DNA from: Selenomonadaceae bacterium
GTDB taxonomy: Bacteria > Bacillota > Negativicutes > Selenomonadales > Selenomonadaceae
Assembly: GCA_017428215.1 (NCBI GenBank)
Contig: JAFRRH010000014.1
Coordinates: forward strand, 10,112 to 74,111
DNA length: 64,000 bases
Direction of reading: 5' to 3'
Every line of letters begins with the position of its first letter. Position 1 is the first letter of the stretch. The position numbers and the translations under genes are program-made. This document shows positions 46,028 through 56,536 of this stretch, piece after piece. A model generated the notes under the pieces. That model ran no database searches. It saw nothing but the letters and a program-made list of their open reading frames with translations, and was not told the DNA's origin.

Positions 46028-46585
46028 TTATGCGCGTTCGATGTAAGAGCCGGTTCGCGTGTCAATTCTAAGAACGTCGCCTTCGTTGATGAAGAGTGGC
46101 ACACGAACGACGTAACCAGTTTCAAGCGTGGCATTTTTAGTTGCGCCAGTGGCAGTGTTGCCTTTAACGGCGGGTTCACATTCAGTAACTTTAAGTTCGA
46201 CGCTGTTGGGCAGGTTGACGCCGATAATGCGCCCCTTAAACGTCTGCAAGTTGACTTCCATATTTTCCATTAAGAAATTGAGCGCGTTGCCGAGTTGTTC
46301 CTTGTTAAGTTCAATTTGCTCGTAAGTCTCAACGTCCATGAAAGTATATTGCCCGTCGGATTCGTAAAGGAACTGCATTTTGCTAGTATCAAGGCGGGCG
46401 GGCGGCATTTTCTCGTTGGGGTTGAAAGTGCGCTCAACAACTGCGCCAGTCTCCACATTTTTAATTTTCGTGCGAACAAACGCCGCGCCTTTGCCGGGCT
46501 TGACGTGCTGGAATTCAACGACCTGCCACGCCATACCGTCAATCTCAATCGTTAAACCTGTCCGGAAATCTGTACTTGAAATCAT
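46028..46585 (-). CDS. efp: elongation factor P
   Basis: 185 aa. [16 protein letters not shown] signature. Confidence 0.97.
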   Translation of the reverse strand: MISSTDFRTGLTIEIDGMAWQVVEFQHVKPGKGAAFVRTKIKNVETGAVVERTFNPNEKMPPARLDTSKMQFLYESDGQYTFMDVETYEQIELNKEQLGNALNFLMENMEVNLQTFKGRIIGVNLPNSVELKVTECEPAVKGNTATGATKNATLETGYVVRVPLFINEGDVLRIDTRTGSYIERA

Positions 46586-46599
46586 TTTAAAACCTCCAA

Positions 46600-47664
46600 T
46601 TATAATTCAATCAAAGTTTTAGGCGAACGGGTTAAAGCTTGCGCCTTGCCGTTCGTTACCAAAACTGTATCTTCAATCCTCACGCCGCCGAAATTTTCAA
46701 TGTAAATGCCAGGCTCGTCAGTTACAATCATATTCGGCAAAAGTTTTTCGCATTTGCTTAGCTTGCTTAAACGCGGCTCCTCGTGAATTTCCAAGCCGAC
46801 GCCGTGCCCTAATCCGTGAACAAAAAATCTTCCATAACCGGCATTATCCAATCGCTCGCGAACTGCCGCGTCAATTTCCACACCGCCCTTGCCCGCCGCG
46901 ATAATTTCTAATCCGTAAAGTTGCGCGTCGAGGACAAGATTATAAATTTTTTTCTGTTCGTCCGAAGCTTTTCCTACGCAAATTGTTCGCGTCATATCGG
47001 AGCAATAGCCATTATAAATCGCGCCGAAATCCATAGTGACAAGTTCGCCCGCGCAGATTTTTTTATCAGTCGCCGTGCCGTGTGGTAGACTTCCTCGCCA
47101 ACCTGACGCAACAATCGTAGTGAACGCCGCATTTTCAGAGCCGAGCCGCCGCATTAAATATTCCAGCTCCGCCGCAGTGTCAATTTCGCGAACACCAGGC
47201 TTTATAACTTCTAAAATTTTTTCAAAGGCATCATCGGCAATCTTGCACGCCTTACGAATATTTTCAATCTCCGCCGCGTCTTTAACTTGTCGCAACGTGT
47301 CCAACTCAACTGATTTAAATTCAACGTCGGCGAGTTCTTTTTTTAAATAGCTGTGATGAGCAACCGTCATAATTAAACCTTCAAAGCCGATTTTCTTACA
47401 GCCAGAAATTTTTATCTCGTCGACGATTTTTTTATAAAGCCCTTCGGTTTGCTCGACTAGCGTAAAATTTTTCGCCTGAATAATTGCCTGTTCCATATAT
47501 CTGCCGTCGGTTATGAGCTTGCGAAAATTTTTTCCGATAAGCAAAGCGGAACTGTCGCCACTAAAGCCGCTGAAATAATTTACGTTGGAAATTTTCGTAA
47601 TTAGGAGCGCGTCGACATCTTCGGCGGACATTTTTTCGTAAAGATTAATTAATCGCCTGTTCAT
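46600..47664 (-). CDS. pepP: Xaa-Pro aminopeptidase/dipeptidase (M24B)
   Basis: Creatinase-like N-domain plus [15 protein letters not shown]. Confidence 0.9.
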   Translation of the reverse strand: MNRRLINLYEKMSAEDVDALLITKISNVNYFSGFSGDSSALLIGKNFRKLITDGRYMEQAIIQAKNFTLVEQTEGLYKKIVDEIKISGCKKIGFEGLIMTVAHHSYLKKELADVEFKSVELDTLRQVKDAAEIENIRKACKIADDAFEKILEVIKPGVREIDTAAELEYLMRRLGSENAAFTTIVASGWRGSLPHGTATDKKICAGELVTMDFGAIYNGYCSDMTRTICVGKASDEQKKIYNLVLDAQLYGLEIIAAGKGGVEIDAAVRERLDNAGYGRFFVHGLGHGVGLEIHEEPRLSKLSKCEKLLPNMIVTDEPGIYIENFGGVRIEDTVLVTNGKAQALTRSPKTLIEL

Positions 47665-48137
47665 TTGGTATCCTTTTGAATTTTGCGAATAGCAATGTCA
47701 AGCGCGGCAATGTAGCTGTCGACGCCGAAACCGCAAATTTGCCCCATGACGACTGGCGCAATAACCGACGTGCGGCGGAATTCCTCGCGGCGGTGAATAT
47801 TCGACAAATGAATTTCAATCACGGGAACGGGCACAGCTGAAATTGCATCGCGCAAAGCAATGCTGTAATGTGTAAGTGCGCCCGCGTTCAGCAAAATAAA
47901 ATCGTAACGCCCGCGAGCCTTTTGAATCGCCTCGACTAGTTCGCCCTCAAAATTCGACTGCAAAAAATCAATCGTATCTACTTCCGCCTCATTAGCTCGT
48001 TGGCGCAAAATTTCATTTATATCGTTGAGCGTTGTCCGTCCGTAAATTTCCGGCTCTCGTGTGCCCAACAAGTTTAAATTTGGTCCGTTCAAAACCAAAA
48101 TTCGCTTTACGTTTACGCCGTCAGTGTTTGATTGCAA
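47661..48137 (-). CDS. aroQ: type II 3-dehydroquinate dehydratase
   Basis: ILVLNGPNLNLLGTREPEIYG. TTG start after AAAGGAGAGG. Confidence 0.93.
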   Translation of the reverse strand: MQSNTDGVNVKRILVLNGPNLNLLGTREPEIYGRTTLNDINEILRQRANEAEVDTIDFLQSNFEGELVEAIQKARGRYDFILLNAGALTHYSIALRDAISAVPVPVIEIHLSNIHRREEFRRTSVIAPVVMGQICGFGVDSYIAALDIAIRKIQKDTK

Positions 48138-48174
48138 ATGTATCCTCTCCTTTCACAGCGGCAAGTTAGGTATT

Positions 48175-48429
48175 TTAATATTTAATGGCAAATTTATTTT
48201 CTCTTTTCTCGACGGGCAAATCAAAAACTTCAAATTTAGTGATTTTAATACGTTCATTGCCCTTTTTTATTTGTTCAATAAGCTGTTCGATAATCGGAGA
48301 TGTACCCTGCAATTCCATTATTAAAGAACCATCATGCATTTTTCTGACCCAACCCGTAGCGTCTAAAAAGTTTGCGCAAGCCTGCACGAAATATCTAAAA
48401 CTGACGCCTTGAATTCGACCTTTAGCCAT
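48175..48429 (-). CDS. acyP: acylphosphatase
   Basis: GRIQGVSFRYF...GWVRKMHDGS. ATG at 48429 after GGGAG. Confidence 0.85.
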   Translation of the reverse strand: MAKGRIQGVSFRYFVQACANFLDATGWVRKMHDGSLIMELQGTSPIIEQLIEQIKKGNERIKITKFEVFDLPVEKRENKFAIKY

Positions 48430-48448
48430 TACTCCCTTGCGGACTTTT

Positions 48449-48796
48449 TTAATATCGGATTGCAAATTTATTCTCTCCTCCGACAACTGGCAAATCAGAA
48501 ATTTCAAAGTTAGTTACTTTAATCCAATCGTTGCCGCGTTTTATTTTAGCGATTAAGCGTTCGACAATTTCAGGCTCGCCTTGCAGTTCCATTGTTACAG
48601 AGCCGTCGCTCATGTTTTTTACCCAGCCTGTTATGCCCATAGCTTTTGCGTTGCTTTGAACAAAAAATCGAAAGCCGACGCCTTGAACGCGACCTTCAGC
48701 ACGTCCCGCCTTACGAACGGCATTTTCAAGATTAACGGGGGCAACGGGTTCGGCGTCCTCGTTACTGCCGCCAAAAATATTACTCCAGAAACTCAT
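48449..48796 (-). CDS. acyP: acylphosphatase paralog with ~30-aa N-terminal extension
   Basis: GRVQGVGFRFF...GWVKNMSDGS. Confidence 0.85.
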   Translation of the reverse strand: MSFWSNIFGGSNEDAEPVAPVNLENAVRKAGRAEGRVQGVGFRFFVQSNAKAMGITGWVKNMSDGSVTMELQGEPEIVERLIAKIKRGNDWIKVTNFEISDLPVVGGENKFAIRY

Positions 48797-48800
48797 TTTA

Positions 48801-50009
48801 TCAACTCCTTAACAGTGACCAAATTTCTACAGGCTCGACGACGGGAATTTTCACGATTTGTTGAGCGTGCGGCGCAGAAAAAATTTCTGTACCGTCTTCG
48901 TCGCGCATTGAAGTTATTATCTGCGAAAATGTTTTGCCCGTCGGCTGAAAAAATTCTATGCGCTGATTGACTTCAAACTTGCCGCGCTGTTCAATCGTCG
49001 CCGTCATTGTTTTAGCGTCAAAATCTCTAACAATTCCTAAAAAATCAGAGGCGCGGCTCGGCTTAGACGTTGAATAAATTTCAGTCGGCTTGCCGTCGCT
49101 TAGGAAAAATCCCGTCGTATATGGTCGATGCGCAATTTTATCAAGCTCGTTAAGCCACTCATCACGAACGCTAAAATTTCCGTCGAAGTAAGAATCAATC
49201 GCCGCCCGATAAACTTTGACGACGCCCGCCACATAATTAACGCTCTTCATGCGACCTTCAATTTTTAGCGACGCGACGCCGCTTTGAATAACTTTATCCA
49301 GATACGGGAGCAAACACAAATCTTTTGAATTCATGATGTAAGAGCCGCGCTCGTCCTCGCCAACAGGGAAAAATTCGCCAGCTCGCATTTCTTCCACCAG
49401 ATTATATTTCCAGCGGCAAGAATGAGTACACGCGCCTTGATTCGCGTCGCGCCCCGTCAAAAACTTTGACAGCCAACACCGCCCCGAATACGATATACAC
49501 ATTGCGCCGTGAACGAAAATTTCTAATTCCGCCGCGCAGTTTTGCTTAATATCTAAAATTTCCGCGCAGGTCAATTCTCTTGCTAAAACAATTCTCTCCG
49601 CGCCTAAGTCGTGAAAAAATTTTGCCGCCCGCCAATTCGTGACGTTTGCTTGGGTGCTAATGTGAATTTTTAAGTTCGTCTCCTTAGCCAAAGCAAGAAC
49701 GCCCAAATCGGAAACTAAAACCGCGTCAACGCCCGCGCTATCAAGAAATTTTAAGTAGTCGGCTAGCGCGTCAAGGTCAGCATTATGTGCAAAGATGTTA
49801 ACTGCCGCATAAATTTTCTTGCCGCGCTCATGCGTGAACTCGACTGCTTGTAAAATTTCGTCGCGTGTGAAGTTGTCGCCGAACGCTCGCAAGCTAAAAT
49901 TTTTCCCGCCGAAGTAAACAGCGTCGGCTCCGTAAATCAGCGCGGCTTGCAACTTCTCAAAGTTTCCGGCAGGCGCAAGCAGTTCCGGCTTAACGATATT
50001 GATTGACAA
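48801..50009 (-). CDS. U32-family peptidase (YhbU/RlhA-like)
   Basis: ELLAPAGNFEKLQAAL..GADAVYFGG and a central Cys-rich region. Confidence 0.9.
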   Translation of the reverse strand: MSINIVKPELLAPAGNFEKLQAALIYGADAVYFGGKNFSLRAFGDNFTRDEILQAVEFTHERGKKIYAAVNIFAHNADLDALADYLKFLDSAGVDAVLVSDLGVLALAKETNLKIHISTQANVTNWRAAKFFHDLGAERIVLARELTCAEILDIKQNCAAELEIFVHGAMCISYSGRCWLSKFLTGRDANQGACTHSCRWKYNLVEEMRAGEFFPVGEDERGSYIMNSKDLCLLPYLDKVIQSGVASLKIEGRMKSVNYVAGVVKVYRAAIDSYFDGNFSVRDEWLNELDKIAHRPYTTGFFLSDGKPTEIYSTSKPSRASDFLGIVRDFDAKTMTATIEQRGKFEVNQRIEFFQPTGKTFSQIITSMRDEDGTEIFSAPHAQQIVKIPVVEPVEIWSLLRS

Positions 50010-51168
50010 GATTTAAATGCTCCTCGTAAGTGTAAGCGTAATGATTATGTCCGAGCTTATCGGCGACAAAGTAAAGATAATCCGTCTCGGAAGGGTGCAA
50101 GACAGCCTCAATCGACGCCATACCAGGATTGGCAATCGGTCCAGGCGGCAAGCCCGTATGCTGATAAGTGTTATACGGCGAATCAATTTGCGTGTCCTCG
50201 ATTGAAACTTCAACTTTGGGCGTGTCCATTAAATATTGTAACGTCGCGTCAGTTTGTAACGGCATATTTAATTTGAGACGCTTTAACAAAACTTGCGCGA
50301 CAATCGGGCGGTCTTCAGGGTAGCGAACTTCGCGTTCAACCAGCGACGCCAGCGTTATTAAATCGTAAACCGACAATCCCATTTTCTCAGCGGTAACACG
50401 CATTGTTGGCGTTATTCTGTCGTCAAAATTCGCCGCCATTAGATTTAAAATTTCGTCAATGTCAATGTCGCTCTCGACGTTGTAAGTGTCAGGGAAAAGA
50501 AAACCTTCCGCCGCGTAGAAAACATTTTGCCGCTTGCGCATGTAGTCGTAGGGTGCAAAATCCGCCGCCGCCTTGAGAAATTCTTCTTTATCGGCTAAAT
50601 CAAGATTGTACAGACGCTCGGCAATCTCCTTGACTCCAAAACCTTCGGGCACCGTGAATCGCACAAATTTTTTCTCGCCCGTCAAAAGTTTCTCGAAAAC
50701 TTCCTCGTCAGACATGCCAACTGTAAACGTGTAAGCACCAGGACGAAATTTATCATCGTAGCCATAAAAACGCGCAAGAAGTCTGAACCTCAACGAGCTG
50801 TCGATTATACCTTTTTCTACCAATCTATCAGCAATTTCCGCTGTCGAAATTCCCTCGCGAATTTTTACGTTTATACGTTTTTCCTCTTCCGTAGTGGTTT
50901 CAGTCGTCGTCTCGGTTTGAACAGGCTGTTCAATCTGCGCAATACTTGGATCCGCAAAGACTAGCACCGCACCGATAACTATCACGCAAGCAAAAACTAC
51001 GCCCGCCACAGTCGCCACATATCGAAAAGAAATTTCCGCTTTTAAATCGCTTAAAGAAATGTTCAGCTTTTCGCGAAAAGTTTTCTTGCCTTCGCGGCGC
51101 GAGGGAATTTTTAATTGCTTGGTATCGGCGTCGCTTGAAAATTTTTTATCGTCGGGCGCGTTACTCAT
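49990..51168 (-). CDS. mltG: endolytic murein transglycosylase MltG (YceG-like)
   Basis: N-terminal TM. PEGFLFPDTY and ASLVEREV motifs. Confidence 0.92.
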   Translation of the reverse strand: MSNAPDDKKFSSDADTKQLKIPSRREGKKTFREKLNISLSDLKAEISFRYVATVAGVVFACVIVIGAVLVFADPSIAQIEQPVQTETTTETTTEEEKRINVKIREGISTAEIADRLVEKGIIDSSLRFRLLARFYGYDDKFRPGAYTFTVGMSDEEVFEKLLTGEKKFVRFTVPEGFGVKEIAERLYNLDLADKEEFLKAAADFAPYDYMRKRQNVFYAAEGFLFPDTYNVESDIDIDEILNLMAANFDDRITPTMRVTAEKMGLSVYDLITLASLVEREVRYPEDRPIVAQVLLKRLKLNMPLQTDATLQYLMDTPKVEVSIEDTQIDSPYNTYQHTGLPPGPIANPGMASIEAVLHPSETDYLYFVADKLGHNHYAYTYEEHLNLVNQYR

Positions 51169-51467
51169 TCTTCCTCATCCAAAAGTTTTTCATAGGCCTC
51201 TTGAACTTTCTCAAATTCCTCGTCCGTCGGCTCGATATATTCTTCCTCGCCATTCTCGTTGATGATAATTTTAGCAATGATAACGTCGTCGTCATCGCAA
51301 CCGCAATCGCAACCCGCCTCGTGGTCTTCGTCTTTAACTTCAACCAACAGCGCGAAATTTTCGCCGTCAACGGGGATAATCATTTCCTCGACGTAATAAA
51401 AAACATTGCCGTCCTCGTCAGTCATCTCAATCAAAAAATCGTCGTCCAAAACTTCTTTATCAGCCAT
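51165..51467 (-). CDS. DUF1292-family small acidic protein
   Basis: LIEMTDEDGNVFYYVEE...FALLVEV pattern. Confidence 0.8.
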   Translation of the reverse strand: MADKEVLDDDFLIEMTDEDGNVFYYVEEMIIPVDGENFALLVEVKDEDHEAGCDCGCDDDDVIIAKIIINENGEEEYIEPTDEEFEKVQEAYEKLLDEEE

Positions 51468-51470
51468 TTA

Positions 51471-51890
51471 TTAATCTCCTCTCCTGCTATCCAAATATCC
51501 TTGCAAGATATAAACTGCCGCCATCTTGTCGATAACTTTTTTGCGTTTCTTGCGACTCAAATCCGCCTCGATTAAACTTTTTGCCGCCGCGACGGTACTC
51601 AAGCGTTCGTCCCAAAAAATTTGATTGACTTTGGGAAACGCCGCGCAGAGTTTTTCCGCAAATTTTTTTACAAGTTCACAACGAGTTCCTTCGGTGCCGT
51701 CCATATTTTTTGGCAAGCCGATTACAAAAGTTGTCGCCTCAAAATTTTTAACGAGTTCGCCGAGCCGTTGCAAATCGTTTTTATTGGAAGTGCGACGAAT
51801 TGTTTCGACGCCCTGCGCGGTTAATCCAAGTACATCACTTGCCGCAACGCCGATTGTTTTGTCGCCAATGTCAAGAGCCAAAGCCCTCAC
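51471..51890 (-). CDS. ruvX: Holliday-junction-resolvase-like nuclease RuvX/YqgF
   Basis: [29 protein letters not shown]. Confidence 0.93.
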   Translation of the reverse strand: MRALALDIGDKTIGVAASDVLGLTAQGVETIRRTSNKNDLQRLGELVKNFEATTFVIGLPKNMDGTEGTRCELVKKFAEKLCAAFPKVNQIFWDERLSTVAAAKSLIEADLSRKKRKKVIDKMAAVYILQGYLDSRRGD

Positions 51891-52168
51891 CTTTTGCCCT
51901 CCAATCGCTCAAGATAACTGCGCACGAGTTCTTCCAAAAGTTCGTCGCGCTCAACTTTGCGAATCATACTACGCGCCTCAAGATAACTTGTCACATAGGC
52001 GGGGTCGCCGCTCAAAAGATAGCCAACCAGTTGGTGCACGGGATTATAGCCCTTTTCGGTCATAGCTTTGTATGCATTCTTTATGACTTTCTGCGCACGA
52101 TTTTCCTCAACGCCGAAGCGGAACATTCTAGTTTCGTCGCTGACGGTTTTAGTTTCGTCGCCGCTCAT
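51887..52168 (-). CDS. ireB: IreB-family regulatory phosphoprotein (UPF0297)
   Basis: [25 protein letters not shown] at 52168 after AGGAG. Confidence 0.85.
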   Translation of the reverse strand: MSGDETKTVSDETRMFRFGVEENRAQKVIKNAYKAMTEKGYNPVHQLVGYLLSGDPAYVTSYLEARSMIRKVERDELLEELVRSYLERLEGKR

Positions 52169-52305
52169 GTAATCACTCCTCTGCAAACTGTTTTGCGCAT
52201 TTTACACCAAATACGCGGTTAGTGACAAGAAAAACTTTTGGCGATTGACTTTGAAGAATTACCTGCTAAACTTACAGCTGAATTTCAAATAAAGGAGTTA
52301 GAAAA

Positions 52306-52701
52306 ATGAATAGCATTAAAATGACGGTTCCGGTTACGGTAAAGGCAAAACTCACGGAGAAATTGCGTGCGCGGCTCGTTGACGAGGCAGTTAAAGTCGC
52401 CGAACAAATGGAGCTTGAACTCAAGCAGATTAACATCGACATGCAACGCGAACTGGACAGAAGTCCTCAACACGAACCGCAGATTAGAGATTTCTTTAGT
52501 AGGGAAATGGCACCGCGTCAAGGGCGTTTGGACGAGGCACGTCATCGCAAAGAAACTTTCGAGAAATTGGCACTCGGCGCGGAAATTGTTCAAGGCACGA
52601 CGGAACGGCAAGTGGAGCTTAAAGTCGGCGACAATCTGCGCGAGGCTATGAACGTAGAAATTTTGGTGGAAGATGACAAAATCATTGCCATTCGCGGCTG
52701 A
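52306..52701 (+). CDS. ylqD: YlqD-family protein
   Basis: Position just upstream of rimM-trmD, plus size and coiled-coil character. Confidence 0.7.
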   Translation: MNSIKMTVPVTVKAKLTEKLRARLVDEAVKVAEQMELELKQINIDMQRELDRSPQHEPQIRDFFSREMAPRQGRLDEARHRKETFEKLALGAEIVQGTTERQVELKVGDNLREAMNVEILVEDDKIIAIRG

Positions 52702-53164
52702 AATAATTATCGGGAAAGTCGGCGCGGCTCGCGGGCTTGACGGCACATTGAAAATAATTCCGCTGACAGATTTTGAAGGGCGTTTCGACGGCTTAGAAAA
52801 AATTTCTGTCGGCGGGAAAATTTTTCGTGTCGCGGAAGTCAAACACATCGGCGGACAACTTTTTATAAAATTCGCTGGCGTGGACAGTCGGGAATCTGCG
52901 CGGGCTTTGACGAATAAATTTTTGACGGTCGATAGAAAAGACGCCGCGCCGCTCGCTGACGGAGAATTTTATACCTTCGACATAATCGGATGTGAAGTTT
53001 TCGACGACGAAAAAAAACTCGGCACTGTTACCAACGTCCTCAAAACCGGTAGCAATGACATTTTCGAGGTCGACGGAAATATTTTAATTCCCGCGCTGAA
53101 ATCTGTCGTAAAGTCGATTGACATTGCCGCTAAAAAAATTTTGGTTGATTCTAATGCTTATTAA
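52673..53164 (+). CDS. rimM: 16S rRNA processing protein RimM
   Basis: IGKVGAARGLDGTLKI and PRC-barrel C-terminus. Confidence 0.9.
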   Translation: MTKSLPFAAEIIIGKVGAARGLDGTLKIIPLTDFEGRFDGLEKISVGGKIFRVAEVKHIGGQLFIKFAGVDSRESARALTNKFLTVDRKDAAPLADGEFYTFDIIGCEVFDDEKKLGTVTNVLKTGSNDIFEVDGNILIPALKSVVKSIDIAAKKILVDSNAY

Positions 53165-53855
53165 TATAATAACTTTATTCCCTGAAATGTTTACGGGCGT
53201 TTTTGGAGAGAGCATAATTAAACGCGCCGTCGAGAAAAATATTTTGGAGATTCGTTTTACGCAATTGCGCGACTTTGCTTTTGATAAACACAAGCAAGTT
53301 GACGATTCACCCTTCGGCGGCGGCGCGGGCATGGTTTTAAAGCCCGAACCTGTTTATCGTGCCGTGCGTGACGTGTTGAGTAAATCCGACGAAAAACTTT
53401 CACGCAAGATAATTATCACCGACCCAAGCGGCGAAGTCTTTACTCAAGCTAAAGCAAAGGAACTTGCCGCGCTTGACCAAATTATTTTTATCTGTGGACA
53501 TTACGAGGGCTTTGACGCGAGGATTTACGATTTAGCGGACGAATTAATTTCAATCGGCGATTACGTGTTGACGGGCGGCGAATTGCCCGCAATGGTTATC
53601 GTCGACGCGGTGGCGCGAATGTTGCCTGACGTTTTAGGCTCGGCGGAATCAGCCACGACGGATTCATTTTTTGACGGCATGTTAGGTTATCCGCAATACA
53701 CACGCCCGCGAGATTTCGAGGGAAAAGTTGTGCCCGAAGTTTTGTTATCAGGACATCACGCGAAAATAAAAAAGTGGCGTGAAGAGCAAGCACTAAACCT
53801 GACACGCCTTAGGAGGCCTGAATTAATAAAATGCCAAGTCCAAAATATATGCTGA
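53154..53855 (+). CDS. trmD: tRNA (guanine37-N1)-methyltransferase
   Basis: INIITLFPEMF, DDSPFGGGAGMV, GHYEGFDAR, GGELPA. Confidence 0.95.
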   Translation: MLINIITLFPEMFTGVFGESIIKRAVEKNILEIRFTQLRDFAFDKHKQVDDSPFGGGAGMVLKPEPVYRAVRDVLSKSDEKLSRKIIITDPSGEVFTQAKAKELAALDQIIFICGHYEGFDARIYDLADELISIGDYVLTGGELPAMVIVDAVARMLPDVLGSAESATTDSFFDGMLGYPQYTRPRDFEGKVVPEVLLSGHHAKIKKWREEQALNLTRLRRPELIKCQVQNIC

Positions 53856-54853
53856 TTGCCGTCATCATTATGCTTTCGTTGATTGGCGGCGGTATCTTTG
53901 CTAGTCGGAGCTGGTATCAACACAAGCGGCTAAACGAAAACCCTGCAATCCTTGCTAGGCAAGCAGTGGAAGCACACGACCTCGAAACGTTTAAACGATA
54001 TGTCGACCTTGATAAGCTGATTGATTCGGCGGCGGAAGAAATCTTGACGGAGCAAATCAACTCAACACTTGCCCCTACGGCTTATTCAATGGACGAACTA
54101 CAAAGCCGCTATGATAAACTTAAGCTGGACTTTGTAGATACTGCGCGGGCGGCGGCGGAAGAATATATTTCAACGGGCAAAGTTACTTTTCCGAATAATC
54201 TTAGCGACGCGCAAAATTTATTAAAAAAATCGGACGTGGCGTCCTGCGAAATTAAAAGTATTACTAAACCGCAAAAGGACGGCAATACAAAGATTGTAAC
54301 GATGATGATTCATAATCCGACTATGAAGTTCAATTTTGAGATTGAATTGATATTGGAACCCGGCGGGGAAGTTGAATGGCGAATCACGGACGCGAAAGGT
54401 TTTGGCGACTATTACAAAGGCTATCGTCGTATGCTAAGGCGCAAGCTAGATTCACTCAACGCTCCGATTGCCCGCGAAATGGATTCAACCTTCAAAGTTA
54501 AAAGTTTTAGCGTGAAGAACGAGGGCGGCGACGAGTACGGCTTCTCCCAGACGTTGAACATCGAGATAAAAGCTAGCGTTCTTTCCGATAAACCGATTGC
54601 TCAAATTCACGGCGATATTGTCCTAAACGGCAAAGACGAAAATGAAAGCCGCACGCCCTTTACTGTCGACATAACGAACCGTGCGCAAGGCTTGCAGACA
54701 TTCAACGTGACGAAAACTTTAAATCCGTTCGTGCGCGCTGACGCTGACGCAATGAAGCACGGCTTTAGGAAAAACGATATTCACATCGAAGTTACAGAAA
54801 TAATTTTTGCTGACGGCACGAACTTAAAACAACTTGACAGTTTGCCCGAATAA
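53831..54853 (+). CDS. membrane-anchored hypothetical protein (N-terminal TM)
   Basis: ORF with a single TM near the N-terminus. No catalytic motif recognised. Confidence 0.55.
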   Translation: MPSPKYMLIAVIIMLSLIGGGIFASRSWYQHKRLNENPAILARQAVEAHDLETFKRYVDLDKLIDSAAEEILTEQINSTLAPTAYSMDELQSRYDKLKLDFVDTARAAAEEYISTGKVTFPNNLSDAQNLLKKSDVASCEIKSITKPQKDGNTKIVTMMIHNPTMKFNFEIELILEPGGEVEWRITDAKGFGDYYKGYRRMLRRKLDSLNAPIAREMDSTFKVKSFSVKNEGGDEYGFSQTLNIEIKASVLSDKPIAQIHGDIVLNGKDENESRTPFTVDITNRAQGLQTFNVTKTLNPFVRADADAMKHGFRKNDIHIEVTEIIFADGTNLKQLDSLPE

Positions 54854-54874
54854 AAATTTTTTGGAGGTGTTGTC

Positions 54875-56452
54875 TTGAAAAAAATTAATGCTGTACTTGT
54901 CACATTGAACAGAGAATCTTTGACGAGTGCCGTAAAAAATTTGAACTTCGATAACTTGAATTTGTCGGAGATAATCGCGGAGGATAGCGACGAGAAATTT
55001 TTTAAGGTTGCCAATAAAAAAATCCCGCTGTCGTCGTTAAGTCAACTCAATGATTCGGTAAAAAGATTTACGGATTATGCTTGGCTGGTTAGCAACGACT
55101 TTGACAGATTGAAAAATCTTTTAACAGAAAATGGCGTGCCAGAAAATAGAATCATCAACTTTGAGCTTTTCTTGCAGAGGAACATTTCGCCAGTTGAAAA
55201 TTTTTGCGACATGAGCTATAGATATTTTAATCTGCTGTCTTTTATTGCGCCTAAAGATGAATACAATGCGTTAATGGAAAATGTTTTCAAGGCGTCCGCG
55301 CAGATGATTCGTAGTAAAGATAAAATCAAAGTCGGCTTTGTGCTCTATGATTCGGCGATATGGTGCGGCGACGAGCTTTATAATTATTTTGCGCAAGATG
55401 AACGCTTCGAGGTGACGATTTATCTCTGTTTGCGAGCCGATACAGCTAATATGGAGCTTGTCCGTCGAGCTTTTCTTTACAGCCTTAAACAATTTGAAAC
55501 GCACGGCTTAAAAGTAGTTCCGATTAAAGACCGCAATGAACCAATTCCCGCGCAGGACCTTTTTATTTTCTTGACGCCGTATTTCGCAGTATTGCCCGTT
55601 GCTTTGCACCCCGCGAATATCACCGCCAAAACTTTGATTGCATATGTTCCTTACGGCTTTAGTGCTTTGAAATACAACGTTGCTAATCATATGATGTCCC
55701 GTTTTGTGTGGAAATTTTTCTTTACGTCAAAAGTTGCGCTGGAAACTTACGATAGACTTTGCAAAGTCGGAATGCCTCGCGGATTATATAGCGGTTGTCC
55801 CAAGACAGATATTTTCTTTGATAAAAGTGTAAAGTTTCGTTTCGATTGGAAGATGACACGCCCCGACGCGAAGAAAATTATTTACGCGCCGCATTGGTCG
55901 ATAAATTCTGGTGTAAATTACGCAACATTTCAATGGAACTTCAAATTTATGTACGAATTCGCTAAAGCGCACCCCGAAATTTCATGGGTATTCAAGCCAC
56001 ACCCGAATTTACTTTTCTCGGCAATAACAGAAAAGGTTTTTCCGTCTGCTGAGGCGTTAAAAGAATATCTGCAGGAGTGGGATAAACTTCCCAACGCATT
56101 ATTCTACACGGGAGCTTATTATCAAGACATTTTCGCTACTTCCGACGGCATGATTCTGGACAGTTGCTCTTTCCTCGTCGAATATCAATTTGTAGATAAG
56201 CCGCTGATTTTCTTGACCCGCGCAGGCGAACAATTTAATAAGATAGGCGAGGCGATTTTAAAGGCGTCTTATACTGTCGACGGGCGCGATTTGAATTCTA
56301 TTGCCGAACTTATGCAGAAAGTTTTTATCGAGGGCAAAGATGATAAAGCCGCTAAGCGCAAAAAAGTTTTCGACGAATACATTAACTACCCGAAATATAC
56401 CGGCATGTTGGCGAGTGAATTCATTTATAAGAATATTGCTGACGAATTTTAA
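54875..56452 (+). CDS. CDP-glycerol glycerophosphotransferase (TagB/TagF) family protein
   Basis: KIIYAPHWS and ILDSCSFLVEYQFVDKPLIFL resemble the TagF-family YAPT(F/W)R and D.SS..FDY...KP motifs. Confidence 0.75.
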   Translation: MKKINAVLVTLNRESLTSAVKNLNFDNLNLSEIIAEDSDEKFFKVANKKIPLSSLSQLNDSVKRFTDYAWLVSNDFDRLKNLLTENGVPENRIINFELFLQRNISPVENFCDMSYRYFNLLSFIAPKDEYNALMENVFKASAQMIRSKDKIKVGFVLYDSAIWCGDELYNYFAQDERFEVTIYLCLRADTANMELVRRAFLYSLKQFETHGLKVVPIKDRNEPIPAQDLFIFLTPYFAVLPVALHPANITAKTLIAYVPYGFSALKYNVANHMMSRFVWKFFFTSKVALETYDRLCKVGMPRGLYSGCPKTDIFFDKSVKFRFDWKMTRPDAKKIIYAPHWSINSGVNYATFQWNFKFMYEFAKAHPEISWVFKPHPNLLFSAITEKVFPSAEALKEYLQEWDKLPNALFYTGAYYQDIFATSDGMILDSCSFLVEYQFVDKPLIFLTRAGEQFNKIGEAILKASYTVDGRDLNSIAELMQKVFIEGKDDKAAKRKKVFDEYINYPKYTGMLASEFIYKNIADEF

Positions 56453-56536
56453 TATAAAAAAATTGCCCGCCGATTTCGACGAGCGATTTTTATTTGCAAA
56501 AAAATTGACGTGCGGTTGATTGCACGCCATTTTTAT

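Noticed and set aside
52285-52848. 187-aa minus-strand ORF
   Set aside because: It is antisense to ylqD and rimM, both of which are supported by conserved motifs and synteny.
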